32,000 nt of DNA from Telmatocola sphagniphila. GTDB lineage: Bacteria > Planctomycetota > Planctomycetia > Gemmatales > Gemmataceae. Under the pieces are notes generated by a model. That model was not told the DNA's origin, searched no databases, and worked only from the letters and a program-made list of their open reading frames with translations. The stretch spans positions 3,300,001 through 3,332,000 of the forward strand of contig NZ_CP074694.1 in assembly GCF_018398935.1 (NCBI RefSeq). Direction: 5' to 3'. Shown in pieces: positions 25,920-32,000 of the stretch (position 1 is the stretch's first letter; each line of letters opens with the position of its first letter). The position numbers were made by a program, and so were the translations under genes.

Positions 25920-27338
25920 TTAAGCCATGATTGGTTTTATCAGTTGGCCGTGCACATCGGTTAGCCGGCGGTCGATCCCATTATGTCGAAATGTCAGTTT
26001 CGTATGATCGATGCCAAGTAAATGTAAAACGGTGGCATGGACGTCGTACACTTCCGTCGGGTGCTTCCGATCGGCCGGTTTGTATCCGAAATCATCGCTT
26101 GGTCCGTGGCTGACGCCCCCTCGGATTCCCCCACCGCAAAGCCAGTTCGTAAAGCAGTAGGGGTTGTGGTCCCGACCTTTACCTCCCTGACTCGAAGGCA
26201 TTCGTCCGAACTCCGTAGTCCAGAGAACGATTGTATCCTCGAGTAATCCTCGCTGCTTCAGATCCTGAATCAACGCGGCGGCTCCTTTAGCCATGCCGTA
26301 AGCCAGAGGGCCATGGTCTCGTTTCACATCCTCGTGGCTATCCCAGTTACGACGAGGAAAACCGTTATCGTTGCCACTCCAGATTTGAACGAAGCGGACT
26401 CCTCTCTCGAGAAGTCTGCGCGCGACCAGACATTTTCTGGAAAAATACTCCGTCTCTTCGAGAGGGTTGATCTCCTTGTCGAAGGAAGTCTTCCCGTGAT
26501 CCAGTCCGTAGAGTTTCATCACATGGGCAGGTTCCTTGCTGATATCCAGAGCTTCGGGAGCCGCGAGTTGCATCTTGGCCGCCAGTTCGTAACTTCGGAT
26601 GCGAGCTTCCAATCGTTCATCGCCGAGGTGCTGGCTGGCGTGCTCTCGATTCAATTTGCTCAATAGTCCAATTGCTTCTTTGTCCCCATCGGGTGTGACA
26701 TATTTCAGATGCTCATCTGGAAAAAGATCTTCGATAGGATTCTTCTCGCCCGGATAGACCGACATTCCCGAATGCTGGGCAGGCAGAAATGCGCTATCCC
26801 AGTTTTTAGTTCCATTCGAGGCTAGCCCGCGATGGTCGGGCAATACAACAAACGTCGGCAAGTTATCTTGGAGACTTCCCAGTCCATAGCTCACCCAGCA
26901 ACCCATTCCCGGAAATCCCGGCCGGTTGAAACCCGTCGTTTGAAGCAGAGTACCCTGACTGTGCACTCCGGTCTTACCCACCATGTTGTGAACGAAAGCC
27001 AGTTCGTCGGCGACGGCACCGAGCGGCGAAACCACTTCGGAAAGGAGTTTGCCGCTTTTTCCATAAGGTTTGAAATCCCAGAGCGGCTTTAGCCAGGGTC
27101 CCAGCCCGTTCTGAAAGGCCTCGACATGCTCGCCGAAGTTCGAAGGCTGGCCGTGCCGCTTGACGAGTTCCGGTTTGTAGTCGAATAGATCGATGTGGCT
27201 CGCTCCACCCGCCATGAATAGTTGTACAACTCGCTTCGCCTTGGCGGGATGGTGTGGTGCGGCCAGCAGTTTCTCCCGAGAGAGCAAGCAAGCCAGAGGA
27301 AGCGAACTGAATGCTTGCAGAAAGTGTCGACGATTCAT
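25920..27338 (-). CDS. DUF1501 domain protein (sulfatase/alkaline-phosphatase-fold), Tat signal
   Basis: Twin-arginine N-terminus MNRRHFLQAFSSLPLACLL, followed by VVQLFMAGGASHIDLFDYKP and, later, TTEFGRMP...GRDHNP, typical of DUF1501. The ATG lies 15 nt after the upstream DUF1553 gene stop, with GAAGGGG upstream. Confidence 0.9.
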   Translation of the reverse strand: MNRRHFLQAFSSLPLACLLSREKLLAAPHHPAKAKRVVQLFMAGGASHIDLFDYKPELVKRHGQPSNFGEHVEAFQNGLGPWLKPLWDFKPYGKSGKLLSEVVSPLGAVADELAFVHNMVGKTGVHSQGTLLQTTGFNRPGFPGMGCWVSYGLGSLQDNLPTFVVLPDHRGLASNGTKNWDSAFLPAQHSGMSVYPGEKNPIEDLFPDEHLKYVTPDGDKEAIGLLSKLNREHASQHLGDERLEARIRSYELAAKMQLAAPEALDISKEPAHVMKLYGLDHGKTSFDKEINPLEETEYFSRKCLVARRLLERGVRFVQIWSGNDNGFPRRNWDSHEDVKRDHGPLAYGMAKGAAALIQDLKQRGLLEDTIVLWTTEFGRMPSSQGGKGRDHNPYCFTNWLCGGGIRGGVSHGPSDDFGYKPADRKHPTEVYDVHATVLHLLGIDHTKLTFRHNGIDRRLTDVHGQLIKPIMA

Positions 27339-27353
27339 AGTGGAAGCCCCTTC

Positions 27354-30329
27354 TCAGTCGACAAAAATGAATTCATTCAAGTTCAAAATCACGCGGCAGG
27401 TGTTGGCCAAACCATATTTCTCGGCATACTTGGTCAGTTCCACGCGCTCCGTTTCGGTGGGAGTCCGACCGAAAGCCATCTGGTAGGCGGCATCGATTCT
27501 TTTCGGGAAAGTATCTCCCTGCTTTTCAATACGATCGGCAAAATGCTTTGCCATGACCAGACTCAGGCGATTATTCAGTAGCGCCAGGGCCTGCTGAGGC
27601 GACAGCGTCTGATTTCTTTTATCGACCGATAGGGCAGGATCGGCACAATCCAGCGCGGCCATAAACGGTTGCGATTTTGAACGCACCACAAAGCGATAAA
27701 CCGAGCGACGGTGGGATTTCGGATCTTCCGGGTCATAGAGCTGATATTCGTAGTGCGGCGAATGCTCCGGTTTCTCAATCACGAAGTCCTGGAAACTGGG
27801 GCCTCCCATGGAAAAATCCAGCTGACCGCTCACAAAAAGAATTGCGTCGCGGATCGCCTCCGCCTCCAGTTTACGACGATTCTGCCGCCAGAGGTAACGA
27901 TTGTCGGCATCCCGTTTTTCAAACTCGGGACGTGATTCGGACGACTGCCGATAGGTGGCACTGTTAACTATCAAGCGATGTAGCTCTTTGATGGACTGGC
28001 CGTTGTCGCGAAATTGGATCGCCAGATAATCGAGGAGTTCGGGATGAGTGGGAGTTTGTCCCATCCGGCCGAAATCGTTCGGGGAATCGACCAGGCCTTT
28101 TCCGAAGTGGTATTGCCAGACCCGATTGGCGATAGAACGCCAGACTAGCGGATTTTCCTTATCCGTCAACCATTTGGCCAGAGCAGCTCGCCGGTCGCTC
28201 TCATTGCTCTGAGGGGGAAGATCGAAAGACGAAGACAGTGAAAAAGCCGAGATCGCCCCGGCTCCAACGATTTTCCCCGGCTTAGTGACATCCCCGCGCG
28301 GGAGGATGTGAATCGCACGTGGCAATCCACCGGAGGCACCCGTTCCTACAAAAGTTCCCGAACCGGAATAGACACAGCCGATGTACGCACGCTGTTGTGG
28401 CGGTAGAGCTTTTATTTGAATTCGTATCGCTGCCTGCTTTTTTTCGATCAGTTGCCCCGATTCCAGTATCTCCTGGCCCGCTTTATCTCGAATCAATTTT
28501 TCCCGCTCGGCTCGCAAATCCACAGCACTTTCCGAGGAAGGCGGATAGATACCATCGGTAAGATTCGCTTTCGCCCAGCGTGTAGGGGCTTCAATGCTGT
28601 CCAAGGCGGTCACGGGAGCTTTGGCAGCCAGGTTTTTTCCCAAGGCATCAACCGCTTCCACTTCCGCCAGAGCGAAGTTGTAATCGCCTTGTCGGAGGGC
28701 GAGTTTGGTGGCCGTGATGCGTAAATATCGACCTGCTTTATTCCCGGCGGGAAGCCGGACTGGCTTTAGGCCCGGATTCTGAAAATCGGATACCGTCTGA
28801 TCGGCAATCAACAGCTTATTTTTAAACTCGGGTTCGTTCGCCAACTCCACCCGGAACCGCACTGGAAACCCAAAACCCGCACCAATGCCGTTGAAATCAT
28901 CGTAGCACGGATAGAGAATCACTCTATCGAGTGTGACAACAGTTCTCAAATCGATCTGAACCCATTTGACTGATGACGGTTCGGAAGCCAGTTGGCTGTG
29001 ATAACCATACTCCGGGCGAAGACTTTTTCCGTTTGCCTTCGTAGCCTGAATCAGGCGTGCATCCAGATCAGCAAGCGGCTTACCAATTTTCTGAAGCAGT
29101 AAGTTGCTCCAGGTTTTCAATTCCTGTGCCAGTTCTCCCTCACGTTTTTGAAGCTCCGACCTCTGCCGAGCCACGCGAGGATCGGCATCGTAAGCCTGAT
29201 CGGCCCGGTCCAATGCCGCGAAAACCGCTTGTAGCCGATAGTAATCTTCCTGCAAAATGGGATCGAATTTGTGATTGTGGCACTGGGCACAATGCACCGT
29301 GAGACTCATGAAGGAACTCATCGTATTGGCGACCATATCATCGCGATCCAGATGACGAGCGACCTTCCCATCGATCTTGTCTTCGGGAAGTTCAGCATGC
29401 CCGATGAAGTCCCACGGCCCCGCGGAAATGAAACCGAGCGCTTCTATGCCATCTACCGTTCCGGGAAAAAGGACATCGCCCGCTATTTGCTCCTGAACGA
29501 ACCGGCCGTAGGGCTTGTCCTGATTCAAAGACCGAATCACATAATCGCGATAAGGCCAAGCATTGGGACGCGGTTTATCTTTATCGTAGCCGTGCGTTTC
29601 ACCGAAATGAACGACATCCAGCCAGTGCCGAGCCCAACGTTCGCCGTACTGAGGCGAGGCCAGCAGTTTATCGACCAGTTTTTCGTAAGCCCTAGGATCG
29701 CCATCTTTCAAAAAGGCTTCGATCTCCTCGGGTTTCGGAGGTAAACCTACCAAATCGAAATACAAGCGACGGATGAGTGTTCGTCGATCCGCTTCCTTCG
29801 ATGCATTGAGTTTCTCTGTCTTTAACTTCGCCTCAATGAATCGATCAATCTCATTGCGAGCCCAATCACTTTTCGGAGGAAGCACTGGTTTTTGCATCGA
29901 TTTCCAGGCCCAATGATCCATCCGCCGCAATTCCTCTTTCTTTTTGTCCTCTTCACTCACCGGCCACAAAGCTCCATTAGCGATCCACTGTCGGAGTAAC
30001 GCAATCTGTTTCTCTTCCAGAGCTTTCCCGTCGGGCGGCATCCGCGTGTCCGCCTCTTTCGATTTGACGCGAACCAGCAGCTGACTTCCTTCGACATTTT
30101 TAGGAAGAACCGCGGGCAGTTCGGAATCACCGCCTCGGCGAGCATCGACAGGGTTGTCCAGCCGCAGTCCTCCCTTCTGTTTCTCTGGTCCGTGACAACT
30201 GATGCAGTGCTGTTTCAGAATCGGCCGAATTTGAGAATCGAAGTCGATACCCTGTTCCGAGGCCATGCCCAGTGAGGGGTAAAGTAAAATCCATATCGAG
30301 CAAGCGGTCGTCAAATTCAGGAGAGACAT
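27354..30329 (-). CDS. Planctomycete cytochrome C (PSCyt1) / DUF1549 / discoidin (F5/8 type C)-like / DUF1553 domain protein
   Basis: The ATG at 30329 gives the signal peptide MSLLNLTTACSIWILLYPSLGMA. Heme motif CISCH lies in ILKQHCISCHGPEKQKGGLRLD. DUF1549 hallmarks are RRLYFDLVGLPPKPEEIEAF and QYGERWARHWLD. A second CxxCH lies in HCAQCHNHKFDPI. A discoidin-like insert (VKWVQIDLRTVVTLDRVILYP...GRYLRITATK...ALAEVEAV) spans about 28638-29009. DUF1553 hallmarks are [33 protein letters not shown] and a terminal ILNLNEFIFVD. Confidence 0.9.
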   Translation of the reverse strand: MSLLNLTTACSIWILLYPSLGMASEQGIDFDSQIRPILKQHCISCHGPEKQKGGLRLDNPVDARRGGDSELPAVLPKNVEGSQLLVRVKSKEADTRMPPDGKALEEKQIALLRQWIANGALWPVSEEDKKKEELRRMDHWAWKSMQKPVLPPKSDWARNEIDRFIEAKLKTEKLNASKEADRRTLIRRLYFDLVGLPPKPEEIEAFLKDGDPRAYEKLVDKLLASPQYGERWARHWLDVVHFGETHGYDKDKPRPNAWPYRDYVIRSLNQDKPYGRFVQEQIAGDVLFPGTVDGIEALGFISAGPWDFIGHAELPEDKIDGKVARHLDRDDMVANTMSSFMSLTVHCAQCHNHKFDPILQEDYYRLQAVFAALDRADQAYDADPRVARQRSELQKREGELAQELKTWSNLLLQKIGKPLADLDARLIQATKANGKSLRPEYGYHSQLASEPSSVKWVQIDLRTVVTLDRVILYPCYDDFNGIGAGFGFPVRFRVELANEPEFKNKLLIADQTVSDFQNPGLKPVRLPAGNKAGRYLRITATKLALRQGDYNFALAEVEAVDALGKNLAAKAPVTALDSIEAPTRWAKANLTDGIYPPSSESAVDLRAEREKLIRDKAGQEILESGQLIEKKQAAIRIQIKALPPQQRAYIGCVYSGSGTFVGTGASGGLPRAIHILPRGDVTKPGKIVGAGAISAFSLSSSFDLPPQSNESDRRAALAKWLTDKENPLVWRSIANRVWQYHFGKGLVDSPNDFGRMGQTPTHPELLDYLAIQFRDNGQSIKELHRLIVNSATYRQSSESRPEFEKRDADNRYLWRQNRRKLEAEAIRDAILFVSGQLDFSMGGPSFQDFVIEKPEHSPHYEYQLYDPEDPKSHRRSVYRFVVRSKSQPFMAALDCADPALSVDKRNQTLSPQQALALLNNRLSLVMAKHFADRIEKQGDTFPKRIDAAYQMAFGRTPTETERVELTKYAEKYGLANTCRVILNLNEFIFVD

Positions 30330-30372
30330 ATCTATCGATTCCCTCGAATGGGAAGCACCGGCGGGATTCTGA

Positions 30373-30400
30373 AGTATACCAAATGAAAGAGGGGAGTGAA
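30373..30400 (-). promoter_or_regulatory. candidate promoter for the PSCyt/DUF1553-DUF1501 pair
   Basis: On the minus strand: TTCACT (complement of 30395-30400), a 16-nt spacer, then TGgTATACT (extended -10; TATACT is the complement of 30373-30378). It lies about 45 nt upstream of the ATG at 30329. Confidence 0.3.
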
Positions 30401-30421
30401 AGCGGGAAGGATTCGTGTGCG

Positions 30422-30452
30422 CAAAATAAGAGCCCCTTTCCAAGAAAGGGGC
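30422..30452 (-). terminator. intrinsic terminator after the PVC-type heme-binding protein gene
   Basis: GCCCCTTTC-CAA-GAAAGGGGC forms a 9-bp GC-rich stem at 30432-30452. On the minus strand it is followed by TCTTATTTTG. It lies 29 nt downstream of the stop at 30481. Confidence 0.6.
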
Positions 30453-30480
30453 CCAGAGATTTAAAATCTATCCGCCAAGA

Positions 30481-32000
30481 CTACTTTTGGAACAAACGCG
30501 ATCGCTTGTTAGCCGACGATTCAAGATAGGCCAACAGGTCGAGAATCTCTTCTTCCGTCAGCATATCGACCAGATGCTCGGGCATAGGTGATACTTTCGA
30601 AACTTCTCGAATTTCAATTTCATTTTTCTTGATCTCGACACGATCAATCGACAGCGGATCGGGTTGCACGGCAATCTTTTCCGGTGTGTCATCGACAATT
30701 CGGCCCACTACCGTCTTGCCGCCAACGGTAACAATTCGCTCGTTCATATACTGTTCCGACAGCACCTTGGAAGGCTCAATAATCGATTCCAGAATAGCGC
30801 GGCGATCGAACCGGCTGGCGACCGAAGTCAAATCGGGGCCGACCGCACCGCCTTCATCGCCCAGGCGATGACATTTCACGCACTGGCCCACAACAAAGGC
30901 TTCTTTGCCTTTTTCGAAATTGCGGCCGCGATCCACCTTATCGAGTTTGGGCATGATATCCGACATGGTGTAAGCTTTGACCACTGTAGTACGAGGCTTG
31001 TAGTTATAAGTTGCGACGGCCGTGACGTTCAGAGTCTTGAGCAGCGGTTCCAGTTCTTTTCGTTCAGAATCGAGTAGATTCGAAACTGCCTCGCGAAGGA
31101 AGTTCTTCAGGAAGTTGGGGAAGCTGGCTCCCTCCGAATACCCGCGCCCAGCATCGGCGAACCATTTGTCCATCATGGGATCGTGCTTGAGTGACTTCCA
31201 ATCCTTTTTGAAATAGCTGAAGTATTCCTTGCGTTGATCCATGGTCCAGTTGCCGGGCAACAAGGTCCGCAGATGGAACAGGAAGAACAAAACATCTTCC
31301 TGGTAGGTGGCGTGAGCCATCTCTTTGAGTACTTTCGTCGCAATTCCGGGAGCTTGCAGATAAATCAAGAGTTGAGCGGTTTCCCGGTTCAAATCCCGGC
31401 TCGCCGTCGGGAAGAGCGGATCGACTTCCGCGATAATCTTCTTCGCTATAGTGAAAGCAGGCCGTCCCTGTCGAATGAAGGCAAGATCCCACACCCGCAG
31501 TTTGTCCAGTTGCAGCACCGGCGATAATGAGGAGATCGGAAAAGCTTCCAGGGCCTTGAGCAATTCCGGTTGAAGCTTGGCATCACCGACACGAGCCAGA
31601 GCCAACAAAGCGGTCAGTGCGGCGGCCGGATTTTTCTCGGTCAGCGCCTTGTCCTTCCATTCGGCCACTGGCTGAGCTTCCAGAGCGATGCGGGCGGAAT
31701 ACTGCAAAAATCGATCAGGGCTGCTCAGGTGCGGCCAGACAAACGATACAGCTTTGGGATCGACTTTACCCTGAAAAGCTTCGATTTCATGCCGAAGTTT
31801 TCTCTCTGCTTCGCCAGCGGTATTCTTCAAATCGGCCGGAGCAGTCGATTCCTTGCCAGTATACGTGACACGATAAAGACCGGATTGATTGTTTCGACCG
31901 CCAATTGTGAAATAAAGAGCGCCATCATTGCCCACTACCGCGTCCGTTAAGGGCAACGGCTTTTTGGGTGCATTCGGATCGGTGAGGCTGATGGGAGCCA
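30481..32000 (-). CDS. C-terminal part of a PVC-type heme-binding CxxCH protein (HEAT-like repeats plus cytochrome c domain); 5' end lies outside the window
   Basis: The reading frame stays open upstream of the track's TTG at 31956, through to position 32000 (…APISLTDPNAPKKPLPLTDAVVGNDGALYFTIGG). The C-terminus FVVGQCVKCHRLGDEGGAVGPDLTSVASRFDRRAILESIIEPSKV...MPEHLVDMLTEEEILDLLAYLES matches the Pirellula/Verrucomicrobium-type putative heme-binding domain. Confidence 0.85.
   Translation of the reverse strand, partial: APISLTDPNAPKKPLPLTDAVVGNDGALYFTIGGRNNQSGLYRVTYTGKESTAPADLKNTAGEAERKLRHEIEAFQGKVDPKAVSFVWPHLSSPDRFLQYSARIALEAQPVAEWKDKALTEKNPAAALTALLALARVGDAKLQPELLKALEAFPISSLSPVLQLDKLRVWDLAFIRQGRPAFTIAKKIIAEVDPLFPTASRDLNRETAQLLIYLQAPGIATKVLKEMAHATYQEDVLFFLFHLRTLLPGNWTMDQRKEYFSYFKKDWKSLKHDPMMDKWFADAGRGYSEGASFPNFLKNFLREAVSNLLDSERKELEPLLKTLNVTAVATYNYKPRTTVVKAYTMSDIMPKLDKVDRGRNFEKGKEAFVVGQCVKCHRLGDEGGAVGPDLTSVASRFDRRAILESIIEPSKVLSEQYMNERIVTVGGKTVVGRIVDDTPEKIAVQPDPLSIDRVEIKKNEIEIREVSKVSPMPEHLVDMLTEEEILDLLAYLESSANKRSRLFQK

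Noticed and set aside
1-32000. CRISPR arrays, IS elements, prophage or toxin-antitoxin/defence modules
   Set aside because: There are no regularly spaced repeats, no transposase, integrase or recombinase-like ORFs, no terminal inverted repeats, and no small paired ORFs with TA-like features on either strand.

Overview
This 32-kb chromosomal segment is most consistent with a member of the Planctomycetota. That placement is an inference from gene content: two giant PSCyt1/DUF1549/DUF1553 proteins, a Tat-signal DUF1501 protein, a PVC-type heme-binding protein, and three PQQ-like beta-propellers, two of them carrying the 'DDWxxWxGP' N-terminal motif. I did no database search. I count 21 complete CDSs, 2 edge-truncated CDSs and one tRNA-Leu(UAG). 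I found no CRISPR array, transposase, integrase, phage gene or recognisable defence system. Left to right, the window contains: a possible ATP-grasp N-terminus (partial), a single-domain YegP/DUF1508 protein, a minus-strand LptD-like outer-membrane protein preceded by two PQQ-like propellers, tRNA-Leu, and a GNAT acetyltransferase. Next comes a five-gene plus-strand string (anti-sigma-like membrane protein, ribF, Nfu-like, TIM-barrel isomerase-like, TPR). It is followed by a MATE transporter divergent from an ArsR-family regulator, and a translationally coupled pair of an FAD oxidoreductase and a YtqB/MnmM-type methyltransferase. After that come a putative beta-barrel OMP and a DeaD-type DEAD-box helicase. 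The window ends with an ~11.5-kb block (20458-32000) of planctomycete-type periplasmic proteins of unknown function. That block is the best candidate for an undescribed system. It contains five CxxCH motifs in three proteins, a sulfatase-fold DUF1501 partner, a discoidin-like insert, a ~190-aa paralog-specific insertion and an orphan secreted protein. The second most interesting item is a probable two-gene replacement for fused MnmC (15423-17038). All family calls come from motif recognition by eye. Note that the ORF track renders TTG/GTG starts as M; I checked start codons on the nucleotide sequence and adjusted several.
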